A stretch of 64,000 nt of DNA from an uncultured Acidimicrobiales bacterium (GCA_937991435.1 CALKPY010000028.1:15924-79923), one strand, 5' to 3'. Shown: positions 26,053 through 35,996, counted from the first letter of the stretch. The notes: generated by a model from the letters alone, not told the origin. Numbers and translations are program-made.

Positions 26053-27877
26053 GTCGACACGCGGCTCAGCTGACCTTGCGGCTCGTCGTGGGCCGGGTTC
26101 ACACAGCAGCGGCCCTGTCGAACGCGACGCGCAATCACGCGAAACGATGAAGCGCATCGTGGCCTATGTCAGGCCATGGCGACCGCTGCTGGTCATCTGC
26201 GCTGTGTTCATCGTTGTGTCTTGCGTCGCCAGCTTGCTTGCCCCGTGGCTTCAAGGTCTCGCCATCGACGAATTCGTCGCCACTCGCGACCGCTCGGGGT
26301 TGCGAACCATCGTGGTGTTGCTGGTCGCTGCCTATCTGATTTCGTGGGCGGCTTCGCTGTTCTACAGCCGCACCGTGGCGTCGATCGCGCAAAAGGCGAT
26401 GGCCCAGATGCGCAAGGATCTGGCCGGACGGCTGCAGACCCTTTCGATGAGGTTCTTTGACCGGAATCGCACCGGCGATCTCATGAGTCGTGTCACCAAT
26501 GATGTCGACGCCATCGATCAACTTCTTAGCCAGAACCTGATGACAGTGGCCTGGTCGATCGTGCAGATCGGCAGCCTGCTCACGATCATGACCGTGCTCG
26601 ATTGGCGGCTCACGCTCGCAGTTCTGATTCCTGTGCCATTGTCGATGTTCCTCGTTGCCACGCTCGGCAAAAAGTCAGGGCCGCGCTTTGGGGTCTACCA
26701 GCGGTCGCTTGGCCAACTCAACGCCGAAGCAGAGGAACGGCTCGCCGGGCAGCGCGCCGTTATTGCGCTGCACCGCCAACAAGCCGCCGAGGCCCAGTTT
26801 GAAGGGCTCAACGAAGCGACTCGACTCAGCGGTATTCGGGCTCAGACACTTACCGCGGCGATGATGCCGATCATGTGGGGTTTGGGAAACCTGAGCGCCG
26901 TGTCAGTGGTTGGCGTCGGCGGTTGGCTGGCGGTTAGCGAACGCGGCGTAACCGTCGGGCTCATCGCATCGTTTGTGACCTATGCCAGCCGTGTCGGGCA
27001 GCCCCTCGGCCGCATCTCACAATCGCTGACGGCGGTATACACCGCCCTAGCCGGCGGGCGACGCGTGTTCGAGTTGCTTGACGAAGAAACCGACCTGCCT
27101 GATGCTGCGTCGGCCATCGAGCTACCCGCAGTGCAGGGTCGAGTCGTATTCGACCATGTCGACTTCGAGTACGTCGACGGCGAGCCAGTGCTGCGCGATG
27201 TCAGCTTCGTTGCCGAACCCGGCCAGATGGTCGGCCTGGTAGGGCCAACCGGCGCAGGCAAGTCGACGATCATCAATGTACTCAACCGCTTTTACGACAT
27301 TTCTGGTGGGCAGGTCACGGTCGATGGCCACGACATCAGCCATGTCACAAAGGATTCGCTGCGTGACCAACTCGGCATTGTCCTGCAACGCACCTATCTG
27401 TTCACCGACACGGTGCGCGAGAACATTCGATTCGGCCGGCTCGATGCCACTGACCAAGAAATCCAGGCCGCCGCAGAACTGGCCAACGCGCACCACTTCA
27501 TCAACGCTCTTCCTCGCGGCTATGACACCGTCGTCTCCGAGGGCGGCACGAATCTGTCCCTCGGCCAACGTCAGCTCATCGCCATTGCCCGGACCGCCCT
27601 TGCTGACCCCCGCATGCTTGTGCTCGACGAGGCGACCAGCTCCGTCGACACACGGACCGAGCGCGCACTACAAGCTGCGCTCCTTAACCTCATGCGCGGC
27701 CGCACGAGTTTCGTCATTGCCCACCGCCTGTCAACGGTGCGAGACGCAGACCTGATTCTGGTGGTCGAAGACGGCCGCATCACCGAACGAGGCACCCACG
27801 AGCAACTTGTTGCGTTGGGCGGCTTCTACAGACAGCTCCACGCGGCACAATTTCGCGGGCAGGCCGAATCCGCGTAA
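26039..27877 (+). CDS. ABC exporter, fused permease/ATPase (second of the pair)
   Basis: ORF 25838..27877 is trimmed to ATG 26039, the first in-frame start after the upstream stop. ATG 26147 (MKRIVAYVRPWRP) is an alternative. It has Walker A GPTGAGKST, signature LSLGQRQL and Walker B LVLDEATS. Confidence 0.9.
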   Translation: MTATQSTRGSADLAARRGPGSHSSGPVERDAQSRETMKRIVAYVRPWRPLLVICAVFIVVSCVASLLAPWLQGLAIDEFVATRDRSGLRTIVVLLVAAYLISWAASLFYSRTVASIAQKAMAQMRKDLAGRLQTLSMRFFDRNRTGDLMSRVTNDVDAIDQLLSQNLMTVAWSIVQIGSLLTIMTVLDWRLTLAVLIPVPLSMFLVATLGKKSGPRFGVYQRSLGQLNAEAEERLAGQRAVIALHRQQAAEAQFEGLNEATRLSGIRAQTLTAAMMPIMWGLGNLSAVSVVGVGGWLAVSERGVTVGLIASFVTYASRVGQPLGRISQSLTAVYTALAGGRRVFELLDEETDLPDAASAIELPAVQGRVVFDHVDFEYVDGEPVLRDVSFVAEPGQMVGLVGPTGAGKSTIINVLNRFYDISGGQVTVDGHDISHVTKDSLRDQLGIVLQRTYLFTDTVRENIRFGRLDATDQEIQAAAELANAHHFINALPRGYDTVVSEGGTNLSLGQRQLIAIARTALADPRMLVLDEATSSVDTRTERALQAALLNLMRGRTSFVIAHRLSTVRDADLILVVEDGRITERGTHEQLVALGGFYRQLHAAQFRGQAESA

Positions 27878-27947
27878 CGGTCAAGTTTTGCCGAAGGTCT
27901 TCGGTGGTTCACGCCAATTTCTTACCTTTTGCGGCAAGGCTGCCCCC

Positions 27948-29225
27948 ATGACATCGAAGACAACGCCACATGGTTTCATCGGGCTGGTAGTCGCCGGGCT
28001 GTTCTTAGTCGCCGCATGCGGAAGCACCGCAACGACTTCCGACGCCGTAGGGCGCGAGGAACAGCAACCAGAAGATGTCGCAATAACCGCTGAAGCTGAC
28101 CCTGAACAGCTCGCCACGCCGCCAGCGACCACCACATTCGACGAGCCCGAACCAACGCCAGAACCAGATCCAACCGCTGTACCGACACCGGCTGACGAAC
28201 CTACAGAAACCGAAGGGTCTGCCACCTCGCTTGAATTGGTGAGCCGATTGGGGTCCTATGAAATGACCGACGCAGACTTCGGAAGCTCAGTCACGGTCAC
28301 CGTCGATGGTGCTATTCGCACAATCGTCTCGAACGCTCTGCCTGATCACGCGACCGGCGACTTCCCGAATTCGGGCAACCCAAACACGATCAGCGAACAG
28401 AACCTGGTGCGAGAGTTCACAACCAAACCACTCTTTACTGGCGATGCGACCGGTGCCCGCGAGATCGGCATCGCTGTCAACGGTGTCAAGTTCGAACCGG
28501 GTACAGCCGAGACCGTTACCTGCGCTTCGGGCGAGGTTTACCGAATCGAGGCGATCCAGGACCTCTACAACCTTGGCCTCGACTTCAACAATGCGCACGT
28601 ACAACCGACCGGTGAATACCACTACCACGGAGTCTCTGAGCTGCTCGTCGCCATGTACGGCGACCAAGCCGCCGACGACACCGACCTCGTACATGTCGGC
28701 TTCGCCGCTGACGGCTTTTTGATCTACTACTCCAAGTCAAATGCGTATCCATCAAGCTTCCGGCCTTCAGCCGAGCTTCGAGTCGGCGCTGACTGTGTCG
28801 CGAGCGGGCCAGCAGGCGGCACAAGCATCGAGATCCAAGACTCAACTCCTGATGGCACCTACACATCTGATTGGGTCTTCGACGAAGACGCTGGAGTTCT
28901 CGACAACTGCAACGGAACGATCGTCGATGACAGTTACGTCTATTTCGTGACCGACGCCTACCCGTATATCTCGCGATGCCTCAATGGTGAAGTCGCCGCG
29001 GGCCAGGGTGGCCCAGCGCAAGGCCAAACCGCACCCGGAACCGCACCCGCAGGAGCTGCACCCGCCAGGCCCGACTTCACCGACGCTGCGTCAGCTCTCG
29101 GCATCAGCGTCGAGGAGCTTCAGTCGGCACTAGGCGGACCACCACCAGATTTCGACGCAGCCGCCGCCAAGCTCGGAGTGACTGTCGACGAACTTCGCTC
29201 GATCATGCCGGCGCCTCCAGGCTGA
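27948..29225 (+). CDS. Lipoprotein with a YHYH-motif domain
   Basis: ORF 27807..29225 is trimmed to ATG 27948. The signal peptide ends in the lipobox LVAAC. A Pro/Glu/Thr-rich linker follows. It carries the GEYHYHG motif and a C-terminal duplicated PDF-x-x-AA-x-x-LG(I/V)(S/T)V(E/D)EL motif. Confidence 0.75.
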   Translation: MTSKTTPHGFIGLVVAGLFLVAACGSTATTSDAVGREEQQPEDVAITAEADPEQLATPPATTTFDEPEPTPEPDPTAVPTPADEPTETEGSATSLELVSRLGSYEMTDADFGSSVTVTVDGAIRTIVSNALPDHATGDFPNSGNPNTISEQNLVREFTTKPLFTGDATGAREIGIAVNGVKFEPGTAETVTCASGEVYRIEAIQDLYNLGLDFNNAHVQPTGEYHYHGVSELLVAMYGDQAADDTDLVHVGFAADGFLIYYSKSNAYPSSFRPSAELRVGADCVASGPAGGTSIEIQDSTPDGTYTSDWVFDEDAGVLDNCNGTIVDDSYVYFVTDAYPYISRCLNGEVAAGQGGPAQGQTAPGTAPAGAAPARPDFTDAASALGISVEELQSALGGPPPDFDAAAAKLGVTVDELRSIMPAPPG

Positions 29226-29366
29226 AGCCCTAACGAAAGACAGACCCGACAATACGTCGCAATATTGGCATCCGAGGCGACTTGGGTGCTGCGTGGTTCG
29301 GCTGAACACATCGCAGCCGGTTCAAATTACCTGCACCGCCCCACCAGACCCGCAACAATCTCAAGC

Positions 29367-29846
29367 ATGCACATCCGCCCTGCGGAGCCACCTGATCTGG
29401 GACAGCTGTTCTCGATGCAACGCGCTGCGTTTGTTGATGAGGCATTTCTCTATGGCACACCCGAAGTCCCAGCGCTGCTCGACACTCGGGATGACCTGCA
29501 GGCGAGGCTCGCCGCATCATCGACCTGGGTATCGGTCGACAACGATCGGTTGATCGGCGCGATCAGTGTCCGAACGTGGCGAGAGCCAGGACCCGATATC
29601 GAACGATTGATGGTGGTTCCCGACCGCCGAGGCGAGGGGGTCGCAACGGATCTCGTCAGGTGCGTTGAGACCTACCTTGTGCAGACTGGATGCACAGCGG
29701 TTCAGCTGGTTGTCGGCGGCATCGCCGTCGACAACCAAAGGCTGTACCAGCGACTCGGCTTCGTCGCGACGTCATCAACGATGCTCGACGGATATCCGAG
29801 CGTCGAAGTCATAACGATGACAAAACAACTCCGCACGAATACCTGA
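29367..29846 (+). CDS. GNAT-family N-acetyltransferase
   Basis: ORF 29265..29846 is trimmed to ATG 29367. The acetyl-CoA motif is V-x-P-x-x-RGEGVATDL, followed by YQRLGF. Confidence 0.8.
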   Translation: MHIRPAEPPDLGQLFSMQRAAFVDEAFLYGTPEVPALLDTRDDLQARLAASSTWVSVDNDRLIGAISVRTWREPGPDIERLMVVPDRRGEGVATDLVRCVETYLVQTGCTAVQLVVGGIAVDNQRLYQRLGFVATSSTMLDGYPSVEVITMTKQLRTNT

Positions 29847-29851
29847 AGAAT

Positions 29852-32161
29852 TCATTGTGCGTCCTCGATTGCCCGCCAAACTCGCTGGGCAGTGCATGGC
29901 AAGTCAATGTGTTCGATCCCAAGGTGTGCCACCGCGTCGATCACTGCGTTATGAAGCGCAGGTGTTGCCCCAATTGGGCCCGACTCGCCGACAGCTTTCC
30001 AGCCGCGTGGGTTCACGCTCGTTGCTGTCTCATGTGTCTCAAGTTCGAACTGGCAGAGCTGATCGATCGTGATGATCGGGTAGTCGAGCAACGTGCCATT
30101 GAGGGGGTTGGCGTCATCGTCAAACTCGCTCACTTCACCAAGCACCTGAGCGACACCGAGGGCAATCCCACCGTGTAGCTGCGCTGTGACGCTCGCCGGG
30201 TTGACCTGTACACCGGCGTCGTCGACGGCCACGAAACGCTTGAGCAGCACTTCGCCGGTCGAGATATCGACATCAACAACAGCGATATGGCAGCCCGACG
30301 GATACACGTCGAGCCCGTCAGGGTCATAGGTGTTGTCGCAGGCCAGCTCCCGGGAATGAGCCAGCCCGAATGAAGCGAGCTCGGCCCAGCCAACCGACCG
30401 GGCGGGAGAACCAATCACGTGAAAGGCCCCAATGGCACGGTCGAGAACAATGTCGGCCTCGGCGGCTTCGAGGTGATCAGCCGCCAGGCCAAGTGCCTGG
30501 TTCACAACGTCTACTGAAGCAACCTGTACCGCCATACCCGCGGTCTGGACAGAGCGCGAGCCGATCGCTCCAATGCCCGTCGCAATCTCGTCGGTGACGC
30601 CTTCGATGACCGTGATCAGTTCGGGGCTAATGCCGAGTTCATTCGAGGCAATCGTGGCCCACGTCGAGGCGTGCATCTGGCCCTGGTCGGTCGTACCCGT
30701 CACGATGGTGGCGCCGCCGTCGGCGGTGATTTTGACGATCGCCTGCTCGCTACTGCCCCCGTTGGTGCGGTGCACGTAGCTCGCAACGCCTATGCCCATC
30801 TGCAGTGACTCGCGGGCGTCGCGACGGCGCCGCTGCTCGGCCCGCAAGGACTCATAATCAGCAAGGCGAACCGCGGCATCAAGTGCAGCGGGATAGTCAG
30901 CTTCGTCGTATATCGCCCCCGTAGGGGAACGCCACGGCATGTCGGTTGGCTGCACGAGGTTGCGGCGTCGCAGCTCAACCGGATCAAGGCCGCATCTGGC
31001 GGCGTACATATCAATGCAGCGTTCTAACGCCGCAATTATGGGCGAACGGCCTGCGCCGCGGAGCGCTGATACCGGCGGCTTGTTTGTGATAGCCACCACC
31101 GCATCGAACTCGACATGGCCGATGTCATAAACGCCATTGGCGACCGCACGACTCCACGCGTTAGGCAAGCCAGCGCCGCTGCTCGGATACGCGCCGGCTT
31201 CCTTGCGTAATTCGACCCGAACCGCCTGAAGATCTCCGTCAGAAGTACCGGCCAAGGTGATGTCGAGTTCTTCGGCTCGCCCCTGAGGCGCGCTGGTTAG
31301 ATTCTCAGAACGCGATTCGATCCATTGCACCGGGCGGCCCACGAGACGGGCGAGCTCCGGAACGAGCTGCTCCTCAGGCCCAGGTGCACCCTTGCCACCG
31401 AATCCTCCGCCCACAGTTGGCCCGGCGATCACATGAATCGACGAGAGAGCAAGGCCGTATATCGGTGAAATTCGTCCGCGGAACGAATGCGGTGTTTGAG
31501 TGCTCAACCACACGTGCAGGTCGCCGTTGGGTGTCCACACAGCAGCCGCGCCGCGACATTCAATTGGTGCTGCCAGTTGGCGAGGGTTCACGAACGTTTC
31601 ACGCACGACAATCTGCGCACCTTCGAAGCGTTCAGGCTGATGGGTCGTGTCGAGCCCGCCCGCTGTCGCCGAGGTGACCACGTTGGTTCTTTCGCCAGTA
31701 GGAAGATCGCGGCCAGCACTATTCCTGGTGGCGAGGTCACCATCGCCAAAGACCTCGACCTCGTCGCGAACCGACTGGGCAACGGTCAAAACCGCGGGTA
31801 GCGGCTCGTAGTCAACAACGACGTACTCCGCGGCATCGAGCGCTTGCGCCAGCGACTCAGCGACCACCACTGCAACTGGTTCACCGACGAAGCGCACCTT
31901 GTGTTCGGCGAGAAGTGGTTGCGCAAACCGGGCCGAGAGCTGAGCGCTGTACGCCGTTGTCGGCCAGGCCGAAATGTCTTCTGCCGAGAAGACACCGATC
32001 ACGCCTTCGCCCAGCCGAGCTTCGGTCAAGTCCACCGTAAATGTCGCGTGCGCGACCTGCGAACGCACAAAGACGGCCCTGGCGCAGTTGGCGAGCAAGG
32101 GGTCGTCGAGATCAGCCACATAGGTCGCTGCGCCCGTTAGCAGGCGAGAATCGGAAAGCAC
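29852..32161 (-). CDS. Molybdopterin-dependent hydroxylase large subunit (xanthine dehydrogenase / CoxL form-II-like family)
   Basis: The 769-aa protein starts with N-terminal LTGAATYVADL and has an active-site-loop-like ALRGAGR (compare form II AYRGAGR). No FAD or 2Fe-2S subunit gene is adjacent. Confidence 0.85.
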   Translation of the reverse strand: MLSDSRLLTGAATYVADLDDPLLANCARAVFVRSQVAHATFTVDLTEARLGEGVIGVFSAEDISAWPTTAYSAQLSARFAQPLLAEHKVRFVGEPVAVVVAESLAQALDAAEYVVVDYEPLPAVLTVAQSVRDEVEVFGDGDLATRNSAGRDLPTGERTNVVTSATAGGLDTTHQPERFEGAQIVVRETFVNPRQLAAPIECRGAAAVWTPNGDLHVWLSTQTPHSFRGRISPIYGLALSSIHVIAGPTVGGGFGGKGAPGPEEQLVPELARLVGRPVQWIESRSENLTSAPQGRAEELDITLAGTSDGDLQAVRVELRKEAGAYPSSGAGLPNAWSRAVANGVYDIGHVEFDAVVAITNKPPVSALRGAGRSPIIAALERCIDMYAARCGLDPVELRRRNLVQPTDMPWRSPTGAIYDEADYPAALDAAVRLADYESLRAEQRRRRDARESLQMGIGVASYVHRTNGGSSEQAIVKITADGGATIVTGTTDQGQMHASTWATIASNELGISPELITVIEGVTDEIATGIGAIGSRSVQTAGMAVQVASVDVVNQALGLAADHLEAAEADIVLDRAIGAFHVIGSPARSVGWAELASFGLAHSRELACDNTYDPDGLDVYPSGCHIAVVDVDISTGEVLLKRFVAVDDAGVQVNPASVTAQLHGGIALGVAQVLGEVSEFDDDANPLNGTLLDYPIITIDQLCQFELETHETATSVNPRGWKAVGESGPIGATPALHNAVIDAVAHLGIEHIDLPCTAQRVWRAIEDAQ

Positions 32162-32269
32162 GCCGCAACGCTACGAGACCAGAGACTAGCCGCGCTCAGA
32201 TTTGCGCCTGCCGACCCATCGGCCGGCTCAAGTAGCCCGTGGCCGGGCCCCGGCCGGCAATGAATTCAG

Positions 32270-33397
32270 CTAAGCCTGGCTGTCAAATGCACGGTCTCGA
32301 GTGGCGTTGAACGCTTGGGTGAGGTCGGCCCACAGGTCATCAACGTGTTCACAGCCGACCGAGAATCGAATGAGTGTTGGTGGAATGGTCTCTTGACCGG
32401 CTACGGCAGCACGACGTTCCATCGTGGACTCGACGCCGCCAAGGCTCGTGGCGTGATTGATGATCGCAACCTGCTCGCAGATGGCCGCGCAGCGGGCTGG
32501 GCTTCCGATGGTGTCGAACGAGATCATCGCTCCCCAGCCCTGCATGAATGTGCGAGCGACCTCGTGGGTCGGGTGCGTCTTCAGCCCCGGGAATCTCACT
32601 TCACCAACGTCGGTCGAATTCGCGAGTCGCTGCGCGAGTTCGGCAGCATTTGCTTGCGCCTTTTCCATGCGCATTGACAGTGTGCGGGCGCCGCGGGTGG
32701 CCAGAAATGCTTCGAGTCCGCCGATGGTGGCACCATGAAGCAGCCGACGGGTATGGAATTCGTCAAAGAGCGAATCGTCGGTGACGATAAGCAGGCCGGC
32801 GAGCAAATCGCTGTGGCCGCCGATGAACTTGGTGGCCGAGTGCATGACCACATCTGCGCCCAAGTCGAGCGGCCGCTGCACGAATGGTGTTGCGAACGTC
32901 GAATCGACGGCGACGATCGTGCCGAGCTTACGCGGAGCGGCACAGATGCGAGGCAGATCAGCGACGGTGAGCAGTGGATTCTCAGGTGTTTCCAGCCACA
33001 GCAGGTCAGCTACCAGAGCGGCGTCAACCCAGGCTTGGGTGTCATCAAGCTCAAGGCGCATGATTGTCCATCGACCCTGAGCTTCGGCTTCGTCGGCTAG
33101 GCCACGTACCCCGTGATACGGGTCGACGGGGATCGCCAGTATGGCGCCCGCGTCGAGTCTGTTGAGCACCGTGGCCGCCGCGGCCATGCCAGATCCAAAG
33201 CTGAGCGCACGCCCGCCTTCGAGTGTGCCGAGCAGCAGTTCGAGCGCTTCGCTAGTTTCGGTGCCTTTGGCCCGGCTGTAGTCGCGCTCAGCAGGTAGGT
33301 AGAAGTTCGACGCCAGCTGGGGGGCTACGTTGAGCGGCTGGCCTGGTTGGCGCGAGCGAGCGCCCGAGATCAACCAGGTTGCAGGATCTATTGCCAT
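32270..33397 (-). CDS. Cys/Met-metabolism PLP enzyme (cystathionine gamma-synthase/lyase family, MetB-like)
   Basis: The 375-aa protein has the PLP-lysine motif HSATKFIGGHSD. Confidence 0.85.
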   Translation of the reverse strand: MAIDPATWLISGARSRQPGQPLNVAPQLASNFYLPAERDYSRAKGTETSEALELLLGTLEGGRALSFGSGMAAAATVLNRLDAGAILAIPVDPYHGVRGLADEAEAQGRWTIMRLELDDTQAWVDAALVADLLWLETPENPLLTVADLPRICAAPRKLGTIVAVDSTFATPFVQRPLDLGADVVMHSATKFIGGHSDLLAGLLIVTDDSLFDEFHTRRLLHGATIGGLEAFLATRGARTLSMRMEKAQANAAELAQRLANSTDVGEVRFPGLKTHPTHEVARTFMQGWGAMISFDTIGSPARCAAICEQVAIINHATSLGGVESTMERRAAVAGQETIPPTLIRFSVGCEHVDDLWADLTQAFNATRDRAFDSQA

Positions 33398-33442
33398 GCC
33401 GCGACGCTAGTCCCGCCGCCGACGAGCCCCGGCAGAGCTCGA

Positions 33443-33448
33443 TAGGTT
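33443..33448 (+). promoter_or_regulatory. Candidate -10 box (TAGGTT) for a leaderless phosphorylase mRNA, inside a 7-bp inverted repeat
   Basis: TAGGTT fits TANNNT and ends 7 nt before ATG 33456. No Shine-Dalgarno sequence is present. AGCTCGA (33436-33442) and TCGAGCT (33449-33455) flank it. Confidence 0.3.
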
Positions 33449-33455
33449 TCGAGCT

Positions 33456-34232
33456 ATGGCTGAGCCGGGCGTCGCTCCAATTCTCGAGTTCGACCCCGAT
33501 CGAGAGGCAATTATCGAGCCGTCGAGCTGGTTCCAACCTGTCGATGGCATGCCTCGCCGCGCAGTCATGACCTGGATGCGCGATGCGCACGACACGTTGC
33601 TCACTGAGTACGCAGCCGTCGAGCTGCTGCGCTTCGAGCTCGAATCGACCGACAGTCCTGTGTGGCGCATCAACGTCGACGACACGCCGATTGCGATCGT
33701 GCTTGCCCCGGTCGGCGCAGCAGCATCGGCTGTGCTTCTCGAAGCCTTGATTGGTTTCGGCTGCGACACGGTCATCACGGTCGGTTCATCGGGCGGACTC
33801 GTTCCTCACCTGCCGCCGGGCACCGTCGTGGTTCCTGAAGACATCATCCGCGACGAGGGAACCTCCTATCACTACGCGCCAGCGCAACGTGTTGTGCGCG
33901 TCGACCCGGCTATGCAAGACCATCTCAGGACTTCGTTGACCGCAGCCGATCTGACTCAGACCGCAGGAAGCTTGTGGACAACCGATGCATTTTTCCGCGA
34001 AACAGCGGCGCGTGTTGAACGTCGGGTGGCCGAAGGTGCAGTGGCGGTAGATATGGAGGCCTCAGCGCTTGCGACCGTTGCTGACTTCAGAGGAATTCGC
34101 AGCGGCCACGCCGTCTACATGGCTGACACCTTGCACGGTGACGCTTGGGATCCCCGGCAGTTGATCTCACGAGACACTCCCTTTCGCACACGACTGCTGC
34201 AAGCCGCAGTCGTGGCGTGCGCCACAGCCTGA
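33456..34232 (+). CDS. Nucleoside phosphorylase-family protein (PNP/UDP fold)
   Basis: The 258-aa protein has the motifs TVGSSGGL and AVAVDMEASALATVA, which are typical of the PNP_UDP_1 fold. Confidence 0.7.
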   Translation: MAEPGVAPILEFDPDREAIIEPSSWFQPVDGMPRRAVMTWMRDAHDTLLTEYAAVELLRFELESTDSPVWRINVDDTPIAIVLAPVGAAASAVLLEALIGFGCDTVITVGSSGGLVPHLPPGTVVVPEDIIRDEGTSYHYAPAQRVVRVDPAMQDHLRTSLTAADLTQTAGSLWTTDAFFRETAARVERRVAEGAVAVDMEASALATVADFRGIRSGHAVYMADTLHGDAWDPRQLISRDTPFRTRLLQAAVVACATA

Positions 34233-34244
34233 GTTCTGCCGTTC

Positions 34245-35519
34245 ATGCTTGGTCCGCGCGCAGCGCGTCGCCCGCGGGCGTTCTATGGCTGGTGGATGGT
34301 GCTGTTCTGCACGATCGTGCGCGGTATCACCGCGCCAGGCCAGACCATTGGCGTGTCAGCGTTCACGGATCACCTGATCGATGCGCTCGAAACAAGCCGC
34401 TCTGCGGTGTCTACGGCGTACATGGTCGGCACCTTGACCGGCGCCGTCGCTCTTCCGTTTGTCGGACGCTGGATCGACCGAGCGGGGGTCAGGCACACCC
34501 TCAGCATCACCGGTATCGCTTTCGCAGCAGCGGTCATGTTCGTTGGATCAGCCCAGAACATCATCATGTTGGCCATGGCTTTCGTCGGGTTACGCATGCT
34601 CGGCCAGGGTTCACTGTCACTGATAGGGACAACCGGCATCGTTGTCTGGTTCGAGAATCGTCGCGGATTCGCGCTTGCGCTGTCCGGCATGGGAGCAATG
34701 GCGATGATGGCACTGTCGCCGCTCGCCTTTGGCGCGCTAATCAATGCGGTCGGATGGCGAACCACCTGGCTAGTACTCGGGCTCATAATCGCAACCGTGC
34801 TCGTGCCGCTGGCCCGCTTCGCGATTGTCGACCGCCCTGAGGTACTTGGCCAGCTTCCTGATGGCGTCATCGTTTCGGGTGCGGACCCGTATCGCCAACG
34901 GTCGTTCACCGTCAGCGAAGCCCTTTGGACGCCGGCCTTTTGGACTCTCACCAGTCTGACGATTTTGATGGGAGCGGTAAGCACCGGTCTCACATTTCAC
35001 AACACCGACCTGCTCGGCGAGCGCGGCCTGACCGAGACTCAAGCAGCGACAGTCTTTGTTCCGCTGCTCGTCGGAAGCGTGTCAAGCAGTTTCGTCGTCG
35101 GCTGGCTGACCGACCGTGTTCCATCACGGCCGCTCATGTTCGCCGGCGGCGGGTTCTTGGCGCTTGCATCGGTTCTCGCAACGACCGCTTCGCCCGGCGT
35201 GATGGCCGCAGCGTATGGGCTTTGTGCAGGTCTGGCAGTGGGCGCAATTTCTGCGGCTAACGGAGCGCTGTTGCCCAAATGGTTTGGAGTAGACCATATT
35301 GGATCGATCAAAGGGGTCTCCACGACGATGACTGTCGTTGGGTCAGCTGTTGGCCCGTTGATTTTGTCGATCGGCAACGATGTATCCGATTCCTACACGC
35401 CGGTGGTCGTCGGCACCGCCATCGCGTGTGCAGCAATGGCCGTTATTGCTGGTGTCGTGCCTACGCCGGCACCTGAACCGGTCGCAGTTTCGCGACGCTC
35501 ATCGACTGGCCCGGGCTGA
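34245..35519 (+). CDS. MFS transporter
   Basis: The 424-aa protein has about 12 hydrophobic helices and an MFS loop motif GRWIDRAGVR. Confidence 0.8.
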   Translation: MLGPRAARRPRAFYGWWMVLFCTIVRGITAPGQTIGVSAFTDHLIDALETSRSAVSTAYMVGTLTGAVALPFVGRWIDRAGVRHTLSITGIAFAAAVMFVGSAQNIIMLAMAFVGLRMLGQGSLSLIGTTGIVVWFENRRGFALALSGMGAMAMMALSPLAFGALINAVGWRTTWLVLGLIIATVLVPLARFAIVDRPEVLGQLPDGVIVSGADPYRQRSFTVSEALWTPAFWTLTSLTILMGAVSTGLTFHNTDLLGERGLTETQAATVFVPLLVGSVSSSFVVGWLTDRVPSRPLMFAGGGFLALASVLATTASPGVMAAAYGLCAGLAVGAISAANGALLPKWFGVDHIGSIKGVSTTMTVVGSAVGPLILSIGNDVSDSYTPVVVGTAIACAAMAVIAGVVPTPAPEPVAVSRRSSTGPG

Positions 35520-35978
35520 CAGGTTCTCAAGCGCTTGGTCCAACCCCTTGGCAGCGTTTTTGACGAGAGGTCCTTTGAGAAGTTTCGCGGCAGTCCGCAT
35601 TTCGACGCCGATACGCCAGTCAACCTCAGTTGCGCCGTTGCCTACGTCCCGCAACTCCACAATCTCGGCCATGCTCTTGAGCACCGGCACGTTCATCTCA
35701 ATGACAGACATGCCCCATGACTGCCCCGGCTCCCAAGCGGTGATGAGTTCCCTCACTTTGAACTGATCCTGGCGCAGGGCGCGTATCGACCCGGCGTGAT
35801 GAGGTGCCGGACCTTCAAAAGCACACGATTTGAAACCGGGGAACCACTCTGGCCAGCCTTCGTTGTCGGCAATAACGTCCCAAATCTTCGTAGGCGATGC
35901 TTGCATCGTTACCTTGCGATTGATTTGAATCGGCGCTGTTGCAATCCAGCTCGCCGACTGCTTCTTGACCTGAGCCAT
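35499..35978 (-). CDS. SRPBCC (START/polyketide-cyclase-like) family protein
   Basis: The 159-aa protein has motifs SPTKIWDVIADNEGWPEWFPGF and ...W.PG.SWG, which are typical of SRPBCC ligand-binding proteins. AAGAGG lies upstream of the ATG. Confidence 0.7.
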   Translation of the reverse strand: MAQVKKQSASWIATAPIQINRKVTMQASPTKIWDVIADNEGWPEWFPGFKSCAFEGPAPHHAGSIRALRQDQFKVRELITAWEPGQSWGMSVIEMNVPVLKSMAEIVELRDVGNGATEVDWRIGVEMRTAAKLLKGPLVKNAAKGLDQALENLSARASR

Positions 35979-35996
35979 CGTGGCCTCTTTCTATCG

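Noticed and set aside
34145-34840. 231-aa plus-strand ORF overlapping the end of the phosphorylase gene and the MFS gene
   Set aside because: It is out of frame with two well-supported genes. Its His/Arg-rich composition is not protein-like.
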